From positions 117,428,001 to 117,492,000 of the forward strand of contig OX597815.1 of NCBI GenBank assembly GCA_951406725.2: a stretch of 64,000 nucleotides of DNA, written 5' to 3'. Position numbers and translations under genes: made by a program. Position 1 is the stretch's first letter, and every line of letters begins with the position of its first letter. Shown one piece after another: positions 12,601-25,808 of the stretch. The stretch is from Octopus vulgaris (taxonomy: Eukaryota). The notes below the pieces were generated by a model that was given only the letters and a program-made list of their open reading frames with translations, made no database searches and was not told the origin of the DNA.

Positions 12601-14599
12601 AATGATATGATGTGGTACTCACAGGTTAACCTCATATTTCTGACTGGCACCCTATGCTTGTCATAGATGTTAAGAGGTTAAGAGTGACAGCAGAGGCGTT
12701 GTGAGATGATGAAAAGGGAGGTTGCCTCAGGTGCAATTGTGAAGGGTCGCAAAATTTTGTCTTGTCTGTAATATTTGATAATTACTAATTACACCCTACC
12801 CGAAAGTATAACGCAATTGTCCTACTTTAAGCAAATACCACGAACTGCTAAATTATTTCTGTGTATGCGGGCGGTAACAATTCGTTTTTTTTTTGTTGTT
12901 GTCTTTTTGATATGCAGCATTGAACTACTTCAAAAATTTTGCAGTCTAATCTTACTGTTTGTGAGTGAAGATTGCTTCATACATTTTTTTAGTATGATTA
13001 ACTATTACTATGCATAAGGCAGCGAGCTGGCAGAATCGTTAGCGTGCCAGGTGATATGCTTCGTCCGGCGCTACGTTCTGAGTTCAAACTCTGCTGAGGC
13101 CGACTTTGCTTTCATCTTGTCAGAGTCGATAAAATAAGTTCCAGTTGAACACTGGGGTTGATGCAATCGACTTACCCCATCCCCGAAATCATTGGCCTTG
13201 TATCAAAATTTGAAATCATTATTTTCTTATATTTCGTATCTAGTTTTAAGATACATGAATACATGTGCGATTACTTATTTACTTTCGTGTAATAACTGAA
13301 TAAATTTGCGTAAGCTAAAGAAGCAGGCTGTTAGGACATTTTCTTTATTACAATTGATCCCAATTTACATATAAGGACAGCAGTTTTGAGGAAAAGGAGT
13401 GAGCCAGTACTACTGAACCCAGTATTTTATTTTATCGACCTCGTAGGGATAAAAAGCAAAGGTGACGGTGGGATTTGAATCTAGAGGATAAACAACCGAC
13501 AGAAAGTCGCAAAATATTCCTTCCGATGCTCTAACCATCGTATCAACCAAACGATCTGTTGAAAATTAAAATAATAATAATGGTTTAAAATTTTGATTTA
13601 AGGCTAGCAACCCTGGCGGGTGGGGCTAAGTTTATTAAATCGATCTCAGAGCTCAATCGGTATCTACTTTATCGACGCCGAAAGGATGAAAGGTAAAGTC
13701 AATCTCGGCGGAATTTGATAGTAATAATCATTTCTACTATAGGCACAAGGTCTGAAATTTTTTGTGAGAGTGGACAAGTCTGTTGCATCGAGTCCAGTGC
13801 TCGACTGGTACTTAAATTATTGACTCCCAAAGGATGAAAGGCAAAGTCGACCTCGATGGAATTTGAACTCAGAGCGTAAGGACGGACGAAATGCCGCTAA
13901 GAATTTTGCCCAGCATGCTAAGGATTCTGTCTGCTTACCGCCTTAATTATGATAATAATAGTGATAAAAATAAACAAGAGAATTCCATTTTCACAGGAGG
14001 AATCTCCACGGAACATTGATGCTAAACTAAAGGAGGATGACCAAATATATATTTTATTACACATTGAACTTTGTTTTATGAAGTTTAAAACAGCAGGGTC
14101 AGTAGTTATAATAGGCGTACATCGCATAGGAATTATTGAAGTTGGAATAAATGAATTTCAACTGAAACACGATACATTTGACGCCAAACAGCGATGTTCC
14201 ATGATTGCAATTTAGTTTAAACGACGTTTCCTTTGAGTCGGAAAGATATTAATCGCTCCTGATTTTGTATTCTCGTTTAAGTAATAACACAGAATACTGC
14301 TTCTTTTTTTTTACACGTGCATATATGATATCGGATAGTTGACCGTCATACAATTTAGTCGCACTACTTTCAAAAACATGATAGATTTCCTAAGTGGAAA
14401 AAATTAAAAAGTTATAAATCAACAAAACTAGTGACAGTTATTGTGAGTTGCTTTTCTGTTTGGAAAGGAACTCAGTAACAAGTTTGTCATTAAAGTGTTA
14501 TTAATGAAGAGCTATCATGGCAATCTAGCAAATAAAAAAAAAGAGAAAATGAAAGAAGTAATCTACTGCGACGATATGCACAATATTTGGCTCATCAGA

Positions 14600-14821
14600 A
14601 TTAATCTATAAGACAGGGAACTTAACTCATGTTAGCAAACTTACGGAGGTCAGCGACGTGAAAATTGGTAAAAGTTATGGTTGAAAAGCTATTTTTACCG
14701 CTATCCGGGGGTGCCTCAGGAAAAATAAGTTGACAAAAGCACAGCCTTAGTCGTGACCAATGTCCTCCTAAAATTGGAGCGACATGCGTGCTAACTTGTG
14801 GACGTGCATATAGTACATTCA

Positions 14822-14888
<67 letters not shown>

Positions 14889-14919
14889 ACACACATCCTG
14901 CCTTTTATAGATATAGATG
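14600..14919. mobile_element. Helentron/HINE-like non-autonomous element with internal (CA)n
   Basis: Ends in CCTGCCTTTTATAGATATAGAT after a (CA)n block, typical of DINE-1/HINE-type architecture. Confidence 0.4.
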
Positions 14920-15345
14920 ATAATGTTATTGTCATGTCAAGTCGTTAGAAAGAAATTCAACTAAAAATTCTCGACAAAAATCTGAAACTGGAACATCAGT
15001 GATGATCTTGTCACATGTGACAAGAGTTAAATTATGGCAAGGGACACCACTCATTTCTTATCAAACTTTCCGTGGGGTGTCTGGAACATTACTAGGCACT
15101 TTTTTACCCTCGAGTATTTACTATTCTTGTTGTTCAAACAGGAGTTATTGTTGACATTTTTCTATTGTGTCTTCTGTTATATTGCATGCTGTTGATTCTA
15201 TTATTATAGTACTTTGGTCTATTATCTTTTACAACTACCCCCAACGGATTAGTTTCCTAGTTACAAAATCAGTGATTGTATGACACTATGCTTTCTATAT
15301 ATTGCAAGTGAGGTTAAACTGCTGCAATGCCTGGCAAACAAGTAC

Positions 15346-15393
15346 CCACCACCGAGGAGATCCAATACAGATCGAAACCACGCTGTCTGGTGG
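15346..15393 (+). ncRNA. Type I hammerhead ribozyme motif (C4 variant, GUC site) at the apex of a 15285-15460 hairpin
   Basis: CCACCA-CCGAGGA-GAUC(CAAUACA)GAUC-GAAA-C(CACGCU)G-UC-UGGUGG; 6-bp perfect stem I extended by CAAGU/ACUUG and UAUUGCAAGUG/CACUUGCAAUA. Confidence 0.7.
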
Positions 15394-16219
15394 TCTCGGA
15401 ACTTGGATGGCAAGAGTTATCTCCCACTTGCAATAAATATCGACAGAGGGAAAGCGTACTGATTAAGCAGCTGGATGAGATGTCTTCCTGGGGCTAAAAT
15501 AGCAATATCGTTGTCTCTTGGAGGACAGCCACATTAAATTGGCCATAAACAATACTTTTTGCTTTTGTTAGTTTTACAGTAGTCAGCATATTTGATGCAT
15601 ATTCCTTTTGTCTTCCACAATTATCTTAGTCCATAACGGCGGAATGGTAAACGGAGTGACAAACGGGACAAAATGTTTGACATTATTTAATTATTTAATT
15701 ATTGAATGTCTTACAGCATTTCTGTCTTAGTATATTTAACTTTGTTTTGAGTTCAAATCTACCGAAGCTGATTTAATCTTTTAATTGAAGTGATATGCCG
15801 GCAAATTTGATGGACTATACTCTCTGCTCTATTAGACAGTTTTATTGTAATGTCAAAATAAATGAATAACATTGGTAAATATCTCTTGGTTATTTCTTGA
15901 TAAGTGCCTTTAGATATTTTAGAAATTCTAATAAAATATAATTTATTCATTTCTGAGGATTCCTTGTATTTATTGAGTTAAGAGAAAGGTTTCCAACTAT
16001 TTTATATTTATCACTTGCATTTGTGTTCATTAAGGACATAACTCTGTTTAGCGGCCATTTTTTTTATCAATACAGACCTACCAAAAGAGACGCAGACTTC
16101 TGTCTTAGAAATTAAAGTTTTCATTTTATTCCTGATGCTGGCTTATCACTGATTTTCACCGCAAGGTTCTCAACAGGTTATTTATGTTTGCGTGAATCCA
16201 TAGGTTGGATTCATGGGAA

Positions 16220-16730
<511 letters not shown>

Positions 16731-17929
16731 GGTAAATATCGTTGGAAAGAAAGGACTCCAAAATATCGCAGACAAACACAAAATAAGAAAGAAAACGGTG
16801 ACAATAAACCATTTTAGTAAGGGATAGAATCGCTTAGATCAACCCCAGTACTTGAGACTGATCCTTATTTTAAGCAACCCCGGGAAGATGAACAACAAAA
16901 TCTACTCTGGTGGTATGTGAACTCAGAAAGTAGATTGATGTAAAAAAAAAAGAAGAAAAATATTTCAAGGTCTTTCGTATTAATGAGTCTGCATGCTTGC
17001 ATAAATCTCTAAATTGTTATAGTTTATAAGAAGATGCATTACAGAATGCATGTTGTATGCATGCATATAGGATACTGTTATTCACCCATATCTGCCATCT
17101 GTGGATTTCTCCAGCTACAAGGTGGATATTGCGTTAGTCAGCTTGATAGAGCTTGTTCTACTTGAAGTGATACACTTCAGTAAATGACTTGCATATCACT
17201 GCAAGCAAACAGAATTCCTCAGTTTTGCAGATTCTCTATTGTGTACAGCTGTATGCTAGGATATGTTCCATCCCAATCACAGATTAAAATTTTTTTTTTT
17301 TAACTGAACAGTTTGAAACTTCGAATACTGGTAGAATTTCTCACGTAGAACACGGTTTACCCTGAACATTTTTGACAAAATTTCGTATTTTAGAAGTTAT
17401 TTCATGTTAAAGTTGTCGTATTGGGGAAATTTCAATCAATCAACAAACTGTATTCGGTTTAAAAAATGCTACTGCTGTTTGCGATCGTAATCGAAGAGGA
17501 GCAACTTCCGGGTCATCTCTGTTAAATGTCACCACTTGGGTTCTATTCGTATAGCGAGCGAACCACTTTTATTCTTTTTTCCTTTCCTAGTCAGCGCCGT
17601 GCATTCCTTACTCTTTTCCTCCCTACTACACTAGCAACTAGCAACAAGCGAGCAAATTTATCACTTCCACTACAACTACCGTATTTTCCGGCGTATGAAC
17701 CGCTATTTGTTTTGTTTTACCTTCATGTTTTGATAATATTTTTTTATCTAGTAAAGACTTTTATATTGACGAAATGTGTTTGTTTTTGATTATAGTAAAA
17801 TAAAATCATGACAATAACAATATATCTCATACTTGTAAAATAAGGCATTTTGAAACTACATATACGTCAACAACGAAAAAGCTAGCTGCGTTCTGTGATT
17901 GACATGGAACAGATCCGTATGCTATTCTG

Positions 17930-18243
17930 CACTGGTACTCCGTCGGTTACGGCGACGAGGGCTCCAGTTAATCCAATTAACGGAGCAGCCTACTCATGAA
18001 ATTATGCGCAAATGGCTGAGCACTCCACAGACACGCGTACTCTTAATGTAGTTCTTAGGGAGATTCAGTGTGACAAGGCTGGTTTTTTGAATTACAGGTA
18101 CAACTCATTTCTGTCAGTTGAATGGATTGGAGCAACATGAAATAAAGTGTCTTTCTCAAGGACACAACACGCCGCCGGGAATCGAACTCACGACCTTACG
18201 ATCGTGAGCCGACTACCCCAACCACTGAGCCACGCGCCTTCAC
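17930..18243 (-). mobile_element. tRNA-derived SINE (third family)
   Basis: Minus strand GTGAAGGCGCGTGGCTCAGTGGTT (A box)...GAGTTCGATTCCC (B box)...CCTTGAGAAAGACACTT. Related copies at ~48085-48330, 50700-51025, 51380-51630, 59500-59720. Confidence 0.75.
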
Positions 18244-18829
18244 TATTCTATGCTATGTGTTAAGTATAAATATGACGTCAGATTTTTTTGAGAATCGTCT
18301 TAGCTATTGACATTCTTAGCTGTTGACATAACGCAAGAACTAATGACGAAATACAAGCAATTAGTCAGCCAGTAGTTTGTTTCTGTGAAGACTCAACCAA
18401 CTGGACTTTTCATACGCTTTACTAAATCATATTCAAACAAATGTAATCTCAATTATTTCGGTTATATCAAATATTATAATGGCAGAAGCTTTGTGTGGGT
18501 GCATCATTAATATTTCGAATGAAAGCTTTTTATTTCTTTTTCCCATTTTAGTTGTTAGCAATTAAAGTCACATGCAAGAATAAACTATTTACATTGAATG
18601 CGGCACCTTTTGTTTGTAATGAATTGTGTTCCTTTGTTTATCTTCTATTGTCTGTGAGTAGGTTTTCAGTCTTCTCCGAGAGAAATGAATATATAAAGTG
18701 AATACAGCATTAAAAAAAAAAATTCTAAAATAATAATGCAAATAATCCCAAGTTTTGCTGTAAAGTGTAAACTTTGCAAACAACAATTTGTATATATTTT
18801 CATTTCGTAGATAAAGGAACATAAACGGG

Positions 18830-18901
18830 ATGCCTTCTAGAGCTAATTCACCCCAGGCAGATGACATGGATCCTTTGGCTGGTCCTGACGATAACACACA
18901 G
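18830..18901 (+). CDS. Amino-acid transporter (Aa_trans, SLC32/AVT1-like), coding exon 1
   Basis: Acceptor TTTCGTAG ends 18810, in-frame TAA at 18812, ATG 18830, MPSRANSPQADDMDPLAGPDDNTQ, donor CAG|GTAAG; phase 0 matches the next exon. Confidence 0.7.
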
Positions 18902-20492
18902 GTAAGATCCTCTTCTTCTTATGCTATCACACGAAAATTCAATATTTCCCTTTTGTTATCATATTTCTGTTGAAGCAGGCTGTCTTTGTTTCAATTAATT
19001 TAGAAAATAATGAGGAATTTAGTAAAATAACTTTGCCATTTGGTGTTTAGAGCAAAAATTAGTTGGAAATTTTGTTGGAAGATTTTAATTTGGTTCACTT
19101 TGAATCGAGAAATTTGTATGAGAACCAGAGCTAGTCCCAGGCAGGTTATTATCAAAAATGTTAATCTGTGGATACAAAACAGAGAGGAATATAATTTGGT
19201 TATTGCTTTTAATTGAATATTTTGGTTAATTGGTTGAAATTACTGTAATTAGAAAATAATTTTCAAGCACATAAATGTACAAGATTTAGTATTTAATATG
19301 ACTACATTGGATTATTGCCATAAACTAGTTGTCTATGATGTTGCTTATATTGTTGTTGTAGTGTATTGTTGGTGTTGGAGTTTAGCCCTAGCTCACCTGT
19401 CTAAACAAGCTCATAATCAAAATTGTTTCAGCCATGACCATCTTTGTCATTGTATATTCTGGACTTCATTGTATTCTCCGATTCGTTTATCTCTTTTCAA
19501 GACCTTAGTGTGTAATTTGCGTGAGATTTGGCCTTATTTCTAGTAGGTCGAACAATCATGCAAAGGCTCCCACTGTGACTCATTTATATTGTAATTTGAG
19601 CAGCTAAAATCTTGTTGGTATCTGTGGTGAGGGCTGTAGAATAAGCCGTAAGTAGTCAGGTCTCAGTAATCCATTTACAATTCCTAATCGAAAATATTCT
19701 AGGTCCTTAACAATGCTGATAAACATTTAGAAAGGCATGGTCATCAAAACTTTTCATCGGGACCAATCAGAGGTACCGGTAACACGGGAAGTCGCCAGTA
19801 GCTAGGGGCGTCACTTCATTTGCCTGTGCTCTTTGAAATATCTAGAGGAAAAATGTCAAAATAATGTACAAATAAACAATAATTTTTATCACTAATAAAT
19901 TGTAGTAAATACTTTATTTGTAGTTTTTGATACATATAAAATGATTTTGGTAATTTTTCAAATGATTCTCCGTATTTAATTCTCATTTGTTTTCCTATTT
20001 TCTGCCAGCCTTCTTTTTCAAATAGGTATTGGATTTATTTATATATTATTACATATCAATGTTATTAAGGCGTCGAGCCGGCAAAATCGTTTGTACGCCG
20101 GGTGAAATGCTTAGCAGCATTTCGTCTGTCTTTACACTCAGGGTTCAAAGTTTGCCGATATCGACTTTCCCCATCATCATTTCAGGGTCGATAAAATAGG
20201 TATCTGTCAAGTACAGGTATTGACGTAATCGACTTCTCATAATTTGCTGGCTCTATAACAAAATTTGAAATTTTTATCAGTACTGTTTTTCTTTCCTGAG
20301 AGTTTTGGATTGTGTTATTGAACAACTGGAGATATCATTGTTTGTATAATTTGTTTTACCTTGCTTACGAACCACATGGTTCCGGATTCAGTCCCACTGC
20401 GTGGCACCTTGGGCAAGTGTCTTCTACTATAATCTCGGGCCGACCAAAGCCTTGTGAGTGGATTTGGTAGACGGAAACTGAAAGGAGCTCGT

Positions 20493-20539
<47 letters not shown>

Positions 20540-20859
20540 GTGTGTATGTCCCACCAATATCGCTTGACAACCGATGCTGGTGTGTTTACGTCCCCGTAAC
20601 TTAGCGGTTCGGCAAAAGAGACCGATAGAATAAGTACTAGACTTACAAAGAATAAGTTCTGGGATCGATTTGATTCAACTAAAGGCGGTGCTCCAGCATG
20701 GCCACAGTCAAATGACTGAAACAAGTAAAAGAGTAAAAAGAGGGTAAAGAGTTATAATATCTGCACATAATATAGCTCATTAGATTAAATGTATGTTGAG
20801 TTGTCACACGCTATTGCCGATTCCTTAGAATTATGACGCGTCTCTTTATGCCCTGTTAC

Positions 20860-21365
20860 TTAACGGTCTAACGAACAAAAATTAATTAAATCAGTAACAT
20901 ACTGAATCAAGCAACAGGTGAAGTCGATATTATCAACTAAATCACATGAAGGCAGCACTGTAGCATCGTCGCACACACGAAAGTGACAGAGGGTACTGAC
21001 TATAGCACCGCTTTTACTAAAAATAAGAGTTAAACAACTCAAAAGCCACAAAAGCACAGTCTTAATGACTGACAAAGGGAGGTAAGTCCCCAGCGTACAT
21101 AGTCGGATGGCGATTTCGGATTTTCATGTAGATCATCATAATCCTCATCAGCAACTTTTAACGCCTAGAGTTAAACACAACTACCTCTATCAGTCTTATA
21201 AGAAAGATCGTTGAAAACATGTGCTGATTTTCAAAACGGTATAAGAGTTAAAACAACAAATTAAAAAGGGTGCTGTTTTAACTCTTATTTTTAGCAAAAG
21301 CAGTGCTAGTCAGTAACCACTGCCACTTTTTGTGACATTTATTAATTTTGCATTAGGTTCTAATT
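20860..21365 (-). repeat. ~500-nt rod-like fold-back element carrying a hammerhead
   Basis: Arms 20980-21040 vs 21272-21330, 21063-21082 vs 21181-21200, and 20868-20892 vs 21338-21356. Confidence 0.85.
21093..21164 (-). ncRNA. Canonical type I hammerhead ribozyme (AUC site)
   Basis: Minus strand: GCGU-UAAA-AGUUG-CUGAUGA-GGAUU(17 nt)AAUCC-GAAA-U(CGCC)A-UC-CGACU-AUGU-ACGC; intact core, stem I with internal loop; predicted cut between window positions 21106 and 21105. Confidence 0.85.
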
Positions 21366-21387
21366 GCTAATAAGCCACCCATTTTAA

Positions 21388-21423
<36 letters not shown>

Positions 21424-21460
21424 AAAAAAGGAGATGTCGAACACGAGTGGTGATATATAA

Positions 21461-23597
21461 AAAAGGAAATGAAGAAAATGCTGACAAATAATTGAAGTAA
21501 TTTAAGTAATTTAATTAGGTGAATGTTCTTTTACCGGTTGCGCATTTGTTATGCTTATCAAAATATAAAAGAGAGATTAGAGTCTGTCTCTTATATGTGG
21601 AAAAAAAGAGGCTCCACTTACGCCAACTTAGTCATGGGATACCTGGAAATCACCCTCTATAATAACGTTCTTAACCAATTTGGCACCACTCTCCACACAC
21701 ACATAGAGAAGAACTGGAAGAGATATCTTGATGACTGCTTCATCCTTTGGCCCGAAACCGTCGAGAAGCTTAACGAATTTCACACTCTTATAAATGGGCT
21801 CAACACAAACATTATTTTCACAATGGAATACAGCCCTCAACAAATTCCCTTCCTCGACATCCTCATTAAAATTCACAACAAAAAAATAGAAACAGACATA
21901 TACTACAAGCCCACAGACTCCAAGCAATACCTCCCTTTCAATTCATGCCACCCTAGACACGTTAAAATTAACATTCCCTACAACTTAGCCAAGAGAATTT
22001 GCACTATAGTCTCCAATAAAAACACCCGTCTCTTACGTCTACAAGAACTCAAGGGCACATTAACAAGCAGGGATTACCCCACGTCACTAATTGACAATGG
22101 GATCCAACGCGCCCTAAAATCAGCACGCAGGAACTTAGACGCCCTAAACCTGTTACATCGAAACCCCATACTCTACCATACATCTCTACACACAACCCCC
22201 TCAACAATGAAGCTTTTGACACCATCCTCCAGAACATTCCTATATTACAAAAGGACCATAGAATGAACCAAATCCTCCTAACACACGAAATCATAAAGAG
22301 CAAAAGGCAACCCAAATCATTGAAAACCATCCTAACAAATGCCAAAGTACTGCCAACCACAACAACTAAACCCACAGTAAACAAATGCAATAGACCCAAC
22401 TGTGGTATATGCATCAACCTAATAGAAGGTCCGGAATTCCTTTTTAAACAAGGACAACGTTTCACAGTAAAACACAACTTCACATGCGCATCAGAAAACC
22501 TAGTATATGTCTTAACTTGCTCGGGCTGTAATGAACACTACATAGGCCAAACAAAAAATAGCCTCCGCCAACGCATGACTGTCCACAGATCCCAAATAAA
22601 AATACAGGAATATAGAAAAATAGCATTTAGTGCACATATTGATACCTGTGCCGCACAACTCCATCCCAATTTTAGAATCTTTCCCCTCTACAAATTTAAA
22701 GACAATGCCACTCATACCCAGCGAATAACCATGGAATCCCACCTTATTAATAAATACAGACCACTTCTAAACACATGCCCCTAACACGAACCCACAACAA
22801 ACACACTTACACCTGCACACACCCTACACACACCTTTACCCAGATATTAACACCATGACACACACAAATATATGGTTCCACACATACACATAATTGAATA
22901 CGGGTGCAAAACATCCAACACTATTTTTTGGAAATGGCTGTAAATATTGACTTCACACAAATACGTTGCTTCCCGATACAGGCACAAGGCCAGCAGAACT
23001 ATAAATATTGAAAATTGTACCCACACACACACACATATATACACGCGCGCGCCCCAACATACATATAAACACACACGCGCGCGCGCGCGCGCGCACACAT
23101 ACATACATACAGCTCTCCCTGTTCTAAACGAACTTACTTATCCAGTCAAGCGGAAAATACACTCCCTAACTAGCTAAAAAGCTATTTAAAATATCCACAT
23201 GACGTCTACTGACCAGCCTGAACAATAAGAAGTTTCAACAACACTATTTTCGAAAATTCTAAACATTCACGTGACCTCTTTATTATGGCCAATAAGAAAT
23301 TTTAGGCGGGACACTAGCCAAATTTTAACTTCTCTGGAGCCTTTTTTCTTACCCCAGCACCAACTTCCATTCAAACATTCACGTGACCCCTTCATAATGA
23401 CCAATCAAAATTTTAGGCGCGAAACCAAGCAAATCCAAAACAACTCTGGAGCCTCTTTTTTTCCACATATAAGAGACAGACTCTAATCTCTCTTTTATAT
23501 TTTGATAAGCATAACAAATGCGCAACCGGTAAAAGAACATTCACCTAATTAAATTACTTAAATTACTTCAATTATTTGTCAGCATTTTCTTCATTTC

Positions 23598-23602
<5 letters not shown>
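21461..23602 (+). mobile_element. 5'-truncated Penelope-like element (RT plus GIY-YIG) with inverted pseudo-LTR copy
   Basis: PTYANLVMG..WKRYLDDCF..IPFLDI..TDIYYKPTDS.QYL..SCHP RT and CNRPNCGIC..NLVYVLTC..C..HYIGQT..LRQRM..H GIY-YIG, with one frameshift near 22130-22265; 21461-21616 is the reverse complement of 23447-23602; (TA)n on both sides. Confidence 0.95.
23497..23537 (+). ncRNA. pLTR hammerhead, U3-A8 core with A13C lesion (probably inactive)
   Basis: UUGAUAA-GCAU(AACAA)AUGC-GCAA-CCGG-UA; antisense copy at ~21531-21562. Confidence 0.6.
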
Positions 23603-23658
<56 letters not shown>

Positions 23659-23846
23659 TCAGTAAATCATAAATCCGAAAAGGAAGCACACTCTAAGCAA
23701 TAGGGTAGTTGATTATTTAGATAAAAACAGTTATGGCCGGTTTCTAGGGTTAGCCAGGGTTTCTCGTCAGATTGTATGTATGTATGTATGTATGTATGTA
23801 TGTATGTATGTATGTATGTATGTATGTATGTATGTATGTATGTATG

Positions 23847-23899
<53 letters not shown>

Positions 23900-24671
23900 G
23901 CAGGTGGTGCCAGGAAAAGATTTATTGAAGTACAAACTATCTACTTTTCAAGTGAATTTCGAAAATGATCATATAAGTATCAATATGATTCTTTCCAGGA
24001 TCGAGTTTATCGTTCATCCTACTGTTATCAATGAAATAAGTAGCTGTGACATTCTAGGAATCAATATATTCAGAGAGACACAGACGTGTGGTTTATGTAT
24101 CATTAAATGACAATGAGTAGATATTTAGGTTGGATCGGTGTCCAGGGATTTTGGAAAGAAGGATGGGGAATGACGGTAGCGGGTTTAATATTATATTTAG
24201 ACATTAGAGTGAGTGGGGTGAATGTAGTGTTGACCATGGTAACTCCCATCCAGGAGCTTGATTTCAATGCTTGCAACAGATAAAGGATAGCTGTTGGCAT
24301 TAAATCTACAAAGCCACTTGTCCTGAAATATCCCTTTCTTTATGTTAGAACAACACACTCCATTGAATACTGAAGGCGATTAATGACAAATTTTTATTTG
24401 AAGAATATATAAACTCAATTTCTTGACTTAATTGAAAGAGACGTAGCGACATCTTTGGTTTTTGCAAGCTTTCGCTGTCAAGTGACGTAATGTCTTGATA
24501 TTTATCTCCCATTAAATCAATCTTCAGTACTTGACTGGTACTTCATTGATCATGCAGAGAAGAAGAGACAAAGTCGGCGTTGGAAAGAATCACACGAATG
24601 CCTCTATACTAATTTTAGAATCGTTTCTAGAACTATCATTTTAGTCAAAATATACCGAAACAAGAAATTTA

Positions 24672-25115
24672 GGATCTTTTCGGTTTGAACGGCAGTTTTT
24701 AACATAATTTCTAGGTAACTAAAAAATTTTAAACTTCGTATACTGGTAGAATGTGTTTATAAAACATCCTTTTCTCTTGGCTTTATTGAAAAAATTCTAT
24801 AGTTTGTAAGATATTTGTTGTTTTTTTCTTCAATTTCGGCAATTTCAACCAATCAATGACGTCCATTGAGGTAAAAAACATTCTGTGCCGTATAAATATG
24901 TCCCTCGTTTAAGAAACAGATTGGGTTTATTTACATTTGTGAAGAAAAAAAGATACCCTTCCACCACCCCTAACCCTAACTAACCCTAACCCTAACTAAC
25001 CCTAACCCTAAAACCAGATTGAAATGCAATAGATCGATACTAGGGTCATAATTATGGGTGACAATTTCATATGACACCGCTAGAAAAAAAACTGTCGTTC
25101 AAACCGAAAAGATCC
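24672..25115. mobile_element. MITE with GG termini and 8-bp TSD (Merlin/Mutator-like) containing CCCTAA repeats
   Basis: TIR GGATCTTTTCGGTTTGAACGGCAGTTTTT / AAAAACTGTCGTTCAAACCGAAAAGATCC; flanks GAAATTTA / GAAATTTG; degraded relative near 17290-17480. Confidence 0.85.
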
Positions 25116-25213
25116 GAAATTTGTGTTTAAATGTGTTGGTTGGTGTAACTTTGTGTTTGTTTTCATGAATTAGTACTTCTCATGACAGTTTTCTAAAATC
25201 TTAAATTTTACAG

Positions 25214-25322
25214 GCTTCATCTTCACATCGTGGTATTTCCTACGTTACGGCAAGTATATTTATTATTGGAGAAATTGCCGGAACTGGTCTGCTTACTCTA
25301 CCTAAGGCTTTGGAAGATACGG
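25214..25322 (+). CDS. Amino-acid transporter coding exon 2
   Basis: TTTTACAG|GCT..; ASSSHRGISYVTASIFIIGEIAGTGLLTLPKALEDT (TM1 motif); G|GTAAG, phase 1. Confidence 0.93.
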
Positions 25323-25772
25323 GTAAGAAAACTACAAACGGAATTACATTAGCACAGACACATAAGCGCATCGGCATAATGCAGCAGAAACAAGGTGGGA
25401 TGATAAAGTCAATTGCATCGAACCTCAGAGCTTCAGTAATTTAATTCATCGTTGATAGAGTACCACTCCCTGGATCTATGTGATTAGTACCCAGTGGCAG
25501 GCCGAAGCGAAATGATTAATAATCACAAGAAAGTGCCCTTCTCCTTGAAGGATGCTGTGACCGTAGCTGGGGTTCCTCACCACCGGTGGTTTTACAGTGC
25601 GTTCTGACACCAACCAAGGTTATATCTGCTCTGATGGATTATCATCACATTTACTAGTTAACGAATAATCGAGACCTTGTCAGGTCAGAGTAGACTTAAC
25701 TAGAACCCCACTACCGCATGCAGTTTAAAGTCAAACCCAGGACACACACACATGCATACATACATACATACA

Positions 25773-25807
<35 letters not shown>

Positions 25808-25808
<1 letters not shown>

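Noticed and set aside
18160-18243. tRNA gene
   Set aside because: A/B boxes belong to a multi-copy SINE head continuing into a SINE body.
24965-25012. True telomere or chromosome fusion site
   Set aside because: Short, degenerate and enclosed by MITE TIRs.
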